Of a stretch of DNA of 64,000 nucleotides, positions 13,297 to 24,856 are shown piece after piece. The notes below the pieces were generated by a model, which was not told the origin of the DNA, did not search any database, and worked only from the letters and a program-made list of their open reading frames with translations. Position numbers and translations under genes: made by a program. This stretch comes from Octopus vulgaris. Lineage: Eukaryota. The DNA lies in NCBI GenBank assembly GCA_951406725.2, contig OX597818.1, positions 87,048,001-87,112,000 of the forward strand, given 5' to 3'. Each line of letters begins with the position of its first letter. Position 1 is the stretch's first letter.

Positions 13297-14302
13297 CATC
13301 ATCATTGTTGTTTAAAGTCCGTTTCCCATGCTGGAATGGGTTGGACAGTTTGATTGAGGGCTAGCAAGCCAGAAGGCTGCACCAAGCTCCAATCTGATCT
13401 GGCAAAGTTTCTACAGCTGGATGCCCTTCCTAACGCCAGCCACTCCGAGAGTGTAGTGGGTACTTTTTACGTGCCACCAGCACCAGGGCCAGTCAGGTGG
13501 TACTGGCAGCAACCACACTTGAATAGTACTTTTACGTGCCACTGGCATGGGAGCCAGTCAGATGGCACTGGCAGTGACCACACTCAAATGGTGCTTTTTA
13601 TGTGCCACAGGCATCAGCCACACTCGAATGGTAGTTTTTATATGCCACCGGCGTGAAAGCTGGCCAGCAGCATTGGCAATGACCACGCTTGAATGGTGCT
13701 TTTTATGTTCCACCGGCATGGGATGAGTCAGGTGGCACTGGCGTTGACACAACAATGACTTCTCTTGACTCAACAGGTCTTTGCAAGTGCAGATTATTGC
13801 CCAATGATTGAAGGGTACTCTTAAATGGGCCGGTTATGCTGCACTGGCATAGGCCAAGGTTACAGTCTCGCTTGGCTTGCTGGATCTTCTCAAGCACAGC
13901 GTATCCCCAAAGGTCTTCGTCACTTGTCATCGCTTCTGTGAGGCCCAACATTCAAAGGTCGTACTTGACCACCTCATCCCATGTCTTTCTGGGTCTACCT
14001 CTTCCACAGGTTTCCTCTACTGCTAGGGTGTGACACTTTTTCACACAGCTGTCCTCCTCCATACACAACACATGAACAAACCAACAGTTGTCTCTCTTGC
14101 GCACCACATCTGATGCTTCTTATGTCCAACTTCTCTCGCAGGGTGCTTACATTCTGTCGTGTATGCGCACTAACATTACACATCCAACAGAGCATACTAG
14201 CTTCATTGCTTGCAAGCTGACACATGTCCTCAGCAGTCACAGCCCATGTTTCACTGCCATGTAGCATGGCTGTTCGCACGCATGCAACATACAGTCTACC
14301 TT
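13297..14302 (-). mobile_element. Degraded 5'-truncated RTE LINE, antisense copy
   Basis: Minus-strand ORF remnants MRTAMLHGSETWAVTAEDM... (13995-14279) and LGLTEAMTSDEDLWGYAVLEK (13703-13951), plus the same 3' UTR and tail as 15749-17513. Confidence 0.9.
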
Positions 14303-14335
14303 ATTTGAATGAGCTCTGTCCATTAGTTGTTTACA

Positions 14336-14554
14336 GCCTTTAGCATTTAAATCGGCCATATGTGGCCCAAATATTCAACCTGTTTCATGTTCAAACTGGC
14401 CAGGACCAGCATCTCACACCTACCCCACAATGTTATTCTGAAAGTAAACCATAGCACCATCAAAATCTCAGTTATGAGATAAGTAATGATTAATTCAAAA
14501 CAAATGTGGATAAATAAGCATTATATTTCACAGAATAATCAGAATGCTGAAGGG
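14336..14554. mobile_element. piggyBac-type MITE
   Basis: cctttagcatt ... aatgctgaagggtta ends, with the same internal sequence as 5866-6300. Confidence 0.7.
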
Positions 14555-15544
14555 TTAGCTGTATTATCTCTTACTCCACCTTCACTCATCCCTCACTTCT
14601 CGTCTGCTCACCTTCCTACTCCACATTTGCTTATCCCCCACTCCACTGTTGTTTGTCCTCCATTCTGCCTTTACTTGTCCTGCACTCTACTTTTGCTTAT
14701 CCTCCACTCCACTTTTGCTCATTTTCCACTCCACTTTTGCTCATTCTCCACTCCACCTTCACTCATCCCCCCCGCTCTGCCTTCACTCGTACCTTCACTC
14801 ATCCCTCACTCCACCTTCGCTTGTCCCTCACTACAACTAACGTCACTCATCTTCCACACTGCCTTTTCTCATCTCTCATGTCACTTTCCCTGCACCATCT
14901 GTCACTCGACTCTCACTCACTTGAAACACTCACTCCACCTTTCACTCAATCTACTCTCATCGCTATCTCTGTATTATAACTTCTTTGAACATCTCTCCCC
15001 TCACTACTGTTCCCCTTCCACCCCCCACACTGACCAATGACATTTCCACATACTGCAATGATATAATATCAATTGACTGTAGCAGTTTAAATATTTATGG
15101 GACACATCCTCCATAATGTCTAATGATTTGCTGACCTATGTATATATATATGTGTGTGTGTGTGTATTGTGTGTTATTATCTCTGTGTGTGTATATATAT
15201 TTCATGTAGGAATAGATCTAACCTCATATGATTTGTCTGCAAGCTGCAAGAACCTGCCTCCATCCTTCAATCTCATCTACAAACATTTCTCTGCTTAAAA
15301 TTAGTTTTGGTGTCTCCTCTCAATAATCCTTGTTTATGTCAATTTTTTCATGCTGGCATGGGTTAGGTGAGTCTTTCCTCAGCACAGCCGCTAACCAGTT
15401 GTTACAGTTCAGTGTTATCTCCCCTGCCTGGGGTTCAGCCTCACTTCTTCCTCCCATGTCTTCCGTTGTCTTAGCCTTCTGCAGTTTCCTTCCACTTGGG
15501 TTACTTGGTACCTCTGAATAAAAAAACTACCAAGCTCTAAATGT

Positions 15545-15675
15545 GGCTGGAATCTATGGAAGAAGTAGACCCAGGGAGACGTAGGATGAAGTGGTGAGAA
15601 AGCATCTTCAAACGCTGGGCCACATTGAGGAAATGACAAAGAATCAGGAATTGTGGTGATTTGTTGTACTTGAGT
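15545..15675 (+). mobile_element. Older decayed RTE C-terminal fragment
   Basis: Nucleotide similarity to 16675-16805 (ggaagaagtagacccagg...gatgaagtggtg...gaaatgac). Confidence 0.6.
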
Positions 15676-15748
15676 TCCCTGGGCATGGAAACATTGAAAC
15701 TCCAACATCTGGCAGCTGACTTGGCAGACACCCATAAAATTATTAACC
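15676..15748 (+). mobile_element. CR1-type LINE fragment, left part (interrupted by the RTE insertion)
   Basis: Encodes SLGMETLKLQHLAADLADTHKIIN, which resembles the CR1 ORF2 motif L..LE.RRL..DL...YKI. The frame continues at 17514. Confidence 0.65.
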
Positions 15749-17513
15749 TGGGATTCAAAGTAGAGGTTGGGGTCCACCAGGGTTCAGTACTCAGCCCCCT
15801 CCTATTTATCATAGTCCTCCAGGCAATAACGGAGGAATTCAAGACAGGTTGCCCCTGGGAGCTCCTCTATGCTGACGACCTCGCTCTAATCGCTGAGTCA
15901 CTATCAGAACTGGAGGAGAAGTTCCAGGTGTGGAAGGAGGGTTTAGAATCGAGGGGCCTTAGAGTCAACCTAGCTAAAACCAAAGTACTAATAAGTAGAA
16001 AGGTAGAAAACCCACAAATATCATCAGGAAGATGGCCCTGCTCGATCTGTAGAAAAGGTGTAGGTAGAAACTCTATAAGATGTACCCAGTGTAAGCTATG
16101 GACACATAAGAGGTGCAGCAATGTCAAAGGTAGGCTAACTGGGAAGATAGTTTTTGTATGTGGCAGGTGCTCTGGAGCACTGACCTCCGAAAATCTGCAG
16201 AAAACAACTTCTGTCACTTTCCGGGGGAAAAACTAGAAGTAGTTGATAGTTTCCGCTATCTAGGTGACCAAGTCAGTAGTGGGGGTGGGTGCGCTGAAAG
16301 TGTAACTGCTAGAATAAGAATAGCCTGGGCAAAGTTTAGGGAGCTCTTACCTCTGCTGGTGACTAAAGGCCTCTCGCTCAGAGTAAAAGGCAGACTGTAT
16401 GATGCATGTGTACGAACAGCTATGCTACATGGCAGTGAAACATGGGCCGTGACTGCTGAGGACATGCGTAAGCTCGTGAGGAACGAAGCCAGTATGCTCC
16501 GATGGATGTGTAATGTCAGTGTACTTACTCGACAGAGCGTTAGTACCTTGAGAGAAATGTTGTACCTAAGAAGCATCAGTTGTTGTGTGCAAGAGAGACG
16601 ATTGCGCTGGTATGGTCATGTGGCGAGAATGGATGAAGAGAGGTGTGTGAGAAAGTGCCAATCCCTAGCAGTTGAGGGAACCCGTGGAAGAGGTAGACCC
16701 AGGAAAACCTGGGACGAGGTGGTGAAGCACGACCTTCGGACGTTAGGTCTCACCATGGAAATGACTAGAGACCGAGACCTATGGAAGTATGCTGTGCGTG
16801 AGAAGACCCGGCAAGACTAGTGAAGCCATAATCCGTGGCCCCTACCTGGGACGTAGTCAGTCCACCTGTGCATACCTTCCTTCTTGTGACACTTGTGAAG
16901 ACCTGTTGAGGCAAGTGAGAATCGAATCGTATCAAATCAAATCGAACCAAATCAAAATAGATGAACATCAATGGAATTTGTATCCTTGTGGTACCAGTGC
17001 CGGTGGCACATAAGAAAACCATCCGAACGTGACCGTAGCCAGTACCGCAATGACTGGCCTCCGTGCTGAGGGCACGTAACAAACACCATCCGAGCGTGGC
17101 CGTCCGCCAGCCTCGTCTAGCACCTGTGTCGGTGACACATAAGAAAACACCATCCGAGCGTGGCCGTCTGCCAGCCTCGTCTGGCACCTGTGTCGGTGGC
17201 ACATAAAAAACACCATCCGAGCGTGGCCGTCTGCCAGCCTCGTCTGGCACCTGTGTCGGTGGCACATAAAAAACACCATCCGAGCGTGGCCGTCTGCCAG
17301 CCTCGTCTGGCACCTGTGTCGGTGGCACATAAAATCACCCACTACACTCTCGGAGTGGTTGGCGTTAGGAAGGGCATCCAGCTGTAGAAACACTGCCACA
17401 TCTGACTGGCCTGGTGCAGCCTTCGGGCTTCCCAGACCCCAGTTGAACCGTCCAACCCATGCTAGCATGGAAAGCGGACGTTAAACGATGATGATGATGA
17501 TGATGATGATGAT
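15749..17513 (+). mobile_element. 5'-truncated RTE-clade non-LTR retrotransposon (RT core, PHD finger, thumb/C-terminus, 3' UTR, (GAT)n tail)
   Basis: ORFs 15661-16236 and 16158-16820 give GVHQGSVLSPLLF, YADD (15868-15879), FRYLG, HGSETW, RRLRWYGHV and GRGRPRKTW, which are typical of RTE ORF2. One 1-nt frameshift lies near 16222-16232. The element ends in TTAAAC(GAT)n. Confidence 0.95.
17080..17335 (+). repeat. About 63-nt tandem repeat (4 copies) in the RTE 3' UTR
   Basis: Unit aaacaccatccgagcgtggccgtctgccagcctcgtctggcacctgtgtcggtggcacataa; visible as 21-aa periodicity in the overlapping ORFs. Confidence 0.9.
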
Positions 17514-17886
17514 CTTACAAACAATAACTCTGAGCACCTTTTCAAACTCCACCTGTCTAACACCCGTGGACATGCTTACAAAGTCGGAAAACAGCACAGC
17601 TCCCATGACTTTCGGAAACATTTTTTCACGCTAAGAGTTGCTTAAGTATGGAACAAACTGCCGGCATCAGTTGTTAGTTGTCGGAGCACTGCATCCTTCA
17701 AAACTTCCATGCTTCCTGAGATTCGCCAACACTACACCCGATTTTCTCCCCTCCATACACACACAAGCATGTATCTGACTCATACACTGTTCACTTTCCA
17801 GACATTTGTACATTACTGCATATGCTTTATATGCACTTTTGACAAGTTGTTGTGCACCTGAGCACTGTATACAATAATTTCATTAT
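17514..17886 (+). mobile_element. CR1-type LINE 3' end, right part
   Basis: Translates to LTNNNSEHLFKLHLSNTRGHAYKV...FRKHFFTLRVA*VWNKLPASVVSCRSTASFK, matching the CR1 C-terminal TRGH...FF..RV...WN.LP motifs. The 3' UTR end gcacctgagcactgtatacaataatttcattat recurs at 28030-28125 with an (ATT)n tail. Confidence 0.85.
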
Positions 17887-18605
17887 CAAGATGCATCAAG
17901 CTAAATAAAGTTGCTGTCATCCATCCATACATACAGGCTTGTCCTTTACAGGTGCTGGGGCCACTTAAAATGCATTTGTGCCAGTGCTGTGTAAACGCAC
18001 CTGTGCCATTGACACATAAAAGCATCCAGCACACTGTAAAAGGGTTGGCAATAGGAAGGGCATCCAGCCATAGAAACCATGCCACAAGAGACAAGCGGAG
18101 TCTTGACAGTGCCTTGGCCGACCAGCTCCTGTCAAACTATCCAACCCATGCCAGTATGGAAAATGGATGATAAATGATGATGGTGGTGATTATCCAACTG
18201 ACTGGATCTGTCACAATCTCGAAAAACAGCAGGGTTTAGATAAGGATTTTGAAAGAAGTATCTACAAAATTAGTTTTTAAACCTTGAATGGCTGTAGTAG
18301 TCCATCAGAATAAAGCAGGGCTCAAAGAGGTCCATAGATAGAAAAAAATGGTGGAGAACCACTAATTAAACATGTTGGTTGACCAATCACTTGGTTTGTT
18401 GTTTGTCCATCAAAGTTCTTCTGTTGCTGTTTGCAACCTCTTCAGTGACTCATGCCTCCCTATTTGCTCTAAGGCCTGCTTTCGTAGTTTCATTATCATA
18501 TGCCAAATCATGTTCTATATGTACATCTCTGAGTCCTTCAGTTCTCAAAAGCTGTTGTCTGCTATTCAATCTCCTTATGTTCCTTGTTGTATTCTTCAAT
18601 TTCAG

Positions 18606-18714
18606 ACTTCTCATCCAAAATGGTGTTAACATAAACCGCTGTACCCTGCAGGGAACTTGTCTACATGCTGCTGCACTCTTTGGAAAAATCGATGTTGTTC
18701 GCCTACTTCTTGAA
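18606..18714 (+). CDS. CASKIN: Internal coding exon (109 nt) of an ankyrin-repeat scaffold gene, CASKIN-like: (R)LLIQNGVNINRCTLQGTCLHAAALFGKIDVVRLLLE
   Basis: Pyrimidine-rich acceptor ...ttcttcaatttcAG at 18604-18605 and donor GTGAGT at 18715. The peptide fits the ankyrin consensus and closely resembles, from memory, Caskin1 [36 protein letters not shown]. The exon enters in phase 2 and exits in phase 0. Confidence 0.9.
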
Positions 18715-19443
18715 GTGAGTACCTCTCTCTTTCTTACTCTCTCTCTCTCCCTCTCACTATATCTCTGTTTTTTTTCTCTCACTGTATCTCACTATATGAT
18801 TATAGTGTTGTCCATAGTATCCATGGGCATCCAGATACTATGGACTACACTGATGATCGACTGGATGTCCACAAATACTACAGACTACACTGTAATCATC
18901 TCAGAAATACGGACTGTGATCTTAAAAGTAATGTGATTTGTGGAAACATGTGTAGCGATGCATTAAATGTTTATAATTACATCCTAGGATTACATTGTGT
19001 GTGTGTGTGTGTGCATATATGTATTTGAGAATGCTGTGAGGGAACACCATGATTGCAGAATGCCAAAAAGCACAACTTCTGCTGAGCTGGACACATGAGA
19101 TTTCACAGAAAACAGGTAGACCTGTGCAGTTGCCTCCTGTTATTGAAGAGATTGGAAAAGGCTACCCAGAATGCCTCTGTAATGAAAAGACAATTTAGTT
19201 AAGCAATTTTGGCCAAGATGGAGAAGGCCCAATCAAGATAAAATTGGAAGTGCTTTTTGACCATTGGTAATAGTCTGGTCCTGGTTGATACAGTGATAGT
19301 GTTTAGGGTGTTGCACTCATGATTGCAAGGTTTCAATTCCTAGACCGGGTGGTACGTTGTGTTCTTGAGCAAAATACTTCATCACACATTGCTCTGTGAT
19401 CATTTTGGCACCAGATCTATGGTACACTGTGCACCTGTTCAGG

Positions 19444-19483
<40 letters not shown>

Positions 19484-19697
19484 ATAGTGTGTGTGTGTGT
19501 ACACACATTTTTGATGAATTTCCTTTAGTTTTTGTCTACCAACTCAATTTACAAGACGGTGAATGGTTTGGGGCTGTAGATAAGATACTTGTCCAAGATG
19601 CCACTCAGTAAGACAGTCCACTAATGTACTGCTGGATACTAAATATTGAATACTAATAGAAAATGCTGAATAATTACCTTGTTTTCTGTATTCACAG

Positions 19698-19806
19698 TGT
19701 GGTGCCGATGTCAACCAATCTAACTCCTATGACCAGACAGCCCTTGACATCGTCAATCGGTTCACCACGGTACGAGCTGCTAAGGAATTGAAAGCTTTGT
19801 TGAAAG
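19698..19806 (+). CDS. CASKIN: Next coding exon (109 nt) of the CASKIN-like gene: CGADVNQSNSYDQTALDIVNRFTTVRAAKELKALLK
   Basis: Acceptor ttgttttctgtattcacAG at 19696-19697 and donor GTAGGC at 19807. It joins the 18606-18714 exon in frame and resembles, from memory, Caskin [36 protein letters not shown], the end of the ankyrin array before the SH3 domain. Confidence 0.9.
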
Positions 19807-20202
19807 GTAGGCAAGCAATACATCTTTCTTTGGCCAGAACCATTGCTAACTTTATTCATTGGAACATACTATGTGCATATCTATTTTCAGAAGTAAACCA
19901 CGTAGCACCAGAGGCACAGACAAACAGAAAACAAACATGGGTCACAAATTGCACTCAATGCCCTGACCAATAATTGGTGAGGAATTTGTGACCTGTTTGT
20001 TTTCTGTTTGTTTGTGCATCCAATGCATTTAGTATGTCTTTTTGTCCGTTTGTTTATTGCTATACATATTTGACTTCTGAAAATATTATTCTTGTAATGC
20101 AACAACACATTCCTCATTTTTGACCTATGTGTGTATCTATATATGTATGTCTTTGTGTTGATATATCTATATATGTGCAGGCAATATATTTATTTATGTT
20201 AA

Positions 20203-20430
20203 GGCAGCGAGCTGGCAGACATGTTAGTGTGCCAGGCAAAATGCTTAGCAGTATTTCATCTGTCGTTACGTTCTAAGTTCAAATTCCACTGAGGTCGACT
20301 TTGCCTTTCATCCTTTCAGGGTCGATAAATAAAGTACCAGTTTCGCACTGGGGTCGATATAATCAACTTAATCTGTTTGTCTGTCCTTATTTGTCCCCTC
20401 TATGTTTAGCCCCTTGTGGGCAATAAAGAA
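20203..20430 (+). mobile_element. SINE family A
   Basis: Full-length match to 170-400. Confidence 0.85.
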
Positions 20431-21504
20431 ATATATGTGCAGGCACACAGGTATGTGTATGTATTGTAACCATCAAAACATACGTCTGTGTTGCATTGCT
20501 GTCAAGGGTTGGACAGTTTTGACACGATCAAATAGATCCAAGGATCTCATTGAGCTCTAGTCTCTGCTTTGACATGGTTTCTATGGCTGGCTGTCATCCC
20601 TGACACCAAATGTTTTAAAGCATGGGCCTGGATGGGTGTATTTTATATGTGCTACTGTCACTTGTGAGGTTGCCATGCAGCCTACATGACTACAAAACTC
20701 AAGTAGGGAGTTGGGAGGCAGCATTTATATAAGGAGATGAGGGTGTAGAATATGGGAAGATGGAGTGGCAAACTGGTTCTTGTAGTGGAGCAACGTGGTT
20801 AACCACTTTTAGGAGAGTCAGAATGATCAGTAAGAGCATCATTATCATCATTTAACATCCATCAAACCAGAGCACTTCATCAAGCTCCAGTGTCCGCTTT
20901 GCCATGGTTTTTACAGCTGGATGCTAATACCAACCTCTTCACTGAGTGTACTGGGTGCATTTTATGTGGCACCAGCACTAGTGAGGTCACCAAATACTTG
21001 TAAGATGAAGGAAAAGTCCCCTCAATTGGGATTATGAAAGAGAGATGGTGGTTTTATGGAGATGCTAATGTATGATAGAGGGACAGGAACAAGTGTTACA
21101 TGGCTACCCTGTATTATATAAGGGTGGATGGGCATGGCTGGAAAGAGAAATAAAGATGGTGGAGATAAGGTGTAGAGTGTTTCTTGAAAAACGTGTCTGG
21201 TCTTGGGGCAAGTATTGTCTTGCCTGGAAACAGGGAAGGGTTGCTGACTGGAAGGGCACCAAACCATAGAAAATCTGCCTCTTAGAATTCCACCTGACCC
21301 ATGCTAGCATGAGAAATTGGACGTTAAATGATGGTGTGGGACTGGTGATGGTAGAATGCCATGTAAGTATGTGTATATATTTATGTCCCTTATCTTGACG
21401 TTGTCGTTCTTGTCATCGTCATCATCATTTAATGTCCGTTTTCCATGCTGGTATGGATCGGACAATTTGTAGGAAATTGAATGAACTAATACAAATCTTC
21501 ATCG

Positions 21505-21900
21505 AGGCGGCGAGCTGGCAGAAACATTAGCACACCGGGTGAAATGCTTAGCGGTATTTTGTCTGTCTTTACGTTCTGAGTTCAAATTCCGCCATGAGCA
21601 ATTTTGCCTTTCGTCCTTTCGGGGTCGATTAAATAAGTACCAGTAATGCACTGGGGTTGATATAATTGACTTAATCTGTTTGTCGTTGTTTGTCTCCTCT
21701 GTGTGTAGCCCCTTGTGGGCAGTAAAGAAATAGGTATTTCATCTGTCTTTACTTTCTTAGTTCAAATTCCGCCGAGTTCGACTTTGCCTTTCATCCTTTC
21801 AGAGTCAATAAATTAAATACCAGTTGCGTACTGGTGTTGATCTAATCAACAGGCCCTCTCCCCCAAAATTTCGAGCCTTGTGCCTAGAGCCAAAAAGAAT
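21505..21900 (+). mobile_element. SINE family A dimer
   Basis: One head followed by two central/tail modules. Confidence 0.8.
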
Positions 21901-22158
21901 ATGAATCTTCGTCGTACAGCATTTTGGCTGTTAGATCAGCCCTGTTGTCTCCTGAGGGTTAAAAAGCATACAAGGGAAATTATAAGCACTAGTTTCTCAG
22001 TCTTTAGTCAGTACCACTGGTTCTTGGGTCTGTTGCTCTTCATGTATAATAAGGATGATTGGGTATCAAGCACATGTGGAATTGTATTCCACCAGTATTA
22101 CCATTGCATGTGTTTTTGTGTGTGTGTGTATGTCACTTCACTGTATTACAGTTTCTCG

Positions 22159-22637
22159 TCCAAAACAATATTAGTGGACTAAAATACCACCACCACCATT
22201 ACTACTACAACTACTACTACCACCACAACTTCCACCACCACCACCACCACTACTACTACTACCACAACTGTTATTACCATCATCACCACTACTATAATTA
22301 CTACTACTCTCACTACTACTACCGCCACTAGCAGCACTACCACCACTACTACCACTACTACTTTGCTAACACCACCACAACCACTGGTCCAAAACAATAT
22401 TAGTGGACTAAAATACCACCACAACTTCCACCACCATCACCACCACCACTACTACTACCACAACTGTTATTACCATCATCACCACTATTATAATTACTAC
22501 TACTCTCACTACTACTACTATCACTACTACTACCACCACCACTACTATAACTACTACTACTGTCACTACTACTACCACCACTAGCAGCACTACCACCACT
22601 ACCGCTTCTACTTTGCTAACACCACCACAACCACTGG
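22159..22637. repeat. Tandem duplication of an approximately 230-bp CAC/TAC trinucleotide mosaic
   Basis: Both units start with gtccaaaacaatattagtggactaaaatacc and end with ctactttgctaacaccaccacaaccactgg. Confidence 0.8.
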
Positions 22638-23118
22638 CACATCACCATTACAGGAATATCATCATAACTACTACTACTACTACCACCACAATCACCACTG
22701 CTGCTGCCACCACCACCACCACCATCATCACAGCCGTGAGCACATCAGCATCACTATTAGCATCCCCGCTAGCACATCTTTCTTCATTGTCTCAATGTAA
22801 AACCATTGCACCATCTCCACCACCACCACTGCCACTAATACCACCACTACTACTACCACCATCACCACCGTTACTAATACCACTACTACTATTACCGGCA
22901 TCAGCACAAAACCCACTACCAATACTGTCGCAACCGCCACCGTTACCTAACACTGCCTTACCACCACCACCACCACCACTGCATCGAACATCATTTGATG
23001 TGGCTACATCAAAATGTTGGCACCATGTACCACTCTGTCTTAAAACATTTCCAGTGTTTGAGAGAGGAAAAACTACTGCCGCTGCTGCTGCTACTACCAC
23101 CACTACTACTACTACTAC

Positions 23119-23150
<32 letters not shown>

Positions 23151-23797
23151 GTAATTATTATTATTATTATTATTATTGTTATTATTAGTTGTTTTAGCAA
23201 TCATAATTACCATAATAATAATAATAACAGGCTTCCCAGATGTCTGTCCCTTGACTAGTGCCCCATCCCCAGTAACTTAGCCCCCCTCCCATCCTCCACC
23301 ATTAACCCCCTCCTCTTCCTCCTTTTCCATTCCCGTCCCCATTCCTGTAGTTCCAGTTTATATACATATAATATATATATATATATATATTTATTTATTT
23401 ATGTATATGTACATACATCATTGGTTCGGTCCAGTAGATTATATAGTAACTATTATGAACTGGTGGCAATACATAGTCATCTCACTGTGCTTGTTGTTGT
23501 TGTTCTTCTCCCTCTTCCTCTCCCTCCACCTCTGTCCATGTTGCCATGGAAACTGATCAATACTCAATTGCTATAATTGTCTCACTTTCTAGAATAGTTT
23601 TGGTTCTGCTTTGAGTTTTTTTTTTTTGTTTCTTCCTTGGTTGTTTTTTTTTTTCTTTTTACTGTTGTTATTTGCTTCCCTTTTTTTTTCTATCCTTTTT
23701 CTCTCTCTTTGTCTGTCTCTCTCATAGGCACGTGGGTATGTATACATACATATATATATGCATATATACATACATACTTATGTGTATATATACATGC

Positions 23798-23830
<33 letters not shown>

Positions 23831-24815
23831 TACATGCATATATATATATATATGCATGCATGTGTATGTATGTATATATGTATACAGGCATATATGTGTA
23901 CACATACATATATGTGTATATATGTGTGTATATAGATGTATATGTAGGTAGTTGTATATGTATATATGCATGTATGTGTATAATTATTCTTTCCTTTTCT
24001 CTCTTCTCTCACTCTTTTCCCATTCCCTGTTGTTTTCACATCTCTTAAGAATACTTGGTTCATAGACATTTTTCCGTCAAGACATTAGACCTTCTCCAGC
24101 TCACTCCATCTACTTATGTCTAGCCGACTGTCCAGCCAGCCAGCCAGCCAGCCCTTTCTCTCCCTATATGTGTTTGTGATTGGTTTTGTTATTCTGGGTA
24201 TTAATAATTATTTTGAAGGCATTTCATCTGTCTTTATATTGTGAGTTCAAATTCTAAGTTGACTTTGCTTTTCATTATTTTGGGTTCAATAAATTAAGTA
24301 CCAGTTGAGCACTAGGGTCACTGTAATTAATTTACCCCTTCTTTCTTACGAACTGGCCATGTGCTGAAATCTGAAACCATTATCATCATCATAATCATCA
24401 TCATAAAAGGTGGTGAGCTGGCAGAACTGTTAGCACACTGGTTAAAATGCTTAGCGGCATTTCGTCTGTCTTTACGTTCCGAGTTCAAATTCCACCAAAG
24501 TCATCTTTGCCTTTCATATTTTGGGAATCAATAAAAGAAGTACTAATTGTGGATTGGGGGTTGACGTAATTGACTTGTCCTGTCCCTCGGATTGCTGGCT
24601 TTGTGCCAAAATTTGAAACCAATAATATTTTAAAGAAATTTCAATAATGTGGTGCAGGAGTGGCTGTATGGTAAGTAGCTTGCTTACCAACTATATGGCT
24701 CCAGGTTCACTGCATGGTACCTTACGCAAATGTCTTCTACTATAGCCTTGGGCCGACCAAGTGGATTTGGTAGATGGAAACTGAAAGAAGCCTATTGTGT
24801 ATATGTATGTGTGTG

Positions 24816-24855
<40 letters not shown>

Positions 24856-24856
<1 letters not shown>

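Noticed and set aside
16222-16233. Programmed -1 frameshift at GGGGGAAAAAC in the RTE ORF
   Set aside because: It is not a correctly phased X XXY YYZ heptamer, and the RT region of RTE elements is one continuous frame. A 1-nt deletion or homopolymer sequencing error is the simpler explanation.
17080-17335. CRISPR-like array
   Set aside because: The units are contiguous near-identical repeats with no unique spacers, inside a eukaryotic LINE UTR.
18379-18936. 185-aa ORF as a single-exon gene
   Set aside because: Only 18606-18714 is ankyrin-like and bounded by splice sites; the rest is intron read-through.
22613-23188. Proline/threonine-rich 191-aa ORF as a Caskin proline-rich exon
   Set aside because: It is built from CCA/CTA/AAT trinucleotide repeats, has no convincing splice sites and is out of the expected domain order (SH3 and SAM should come first).
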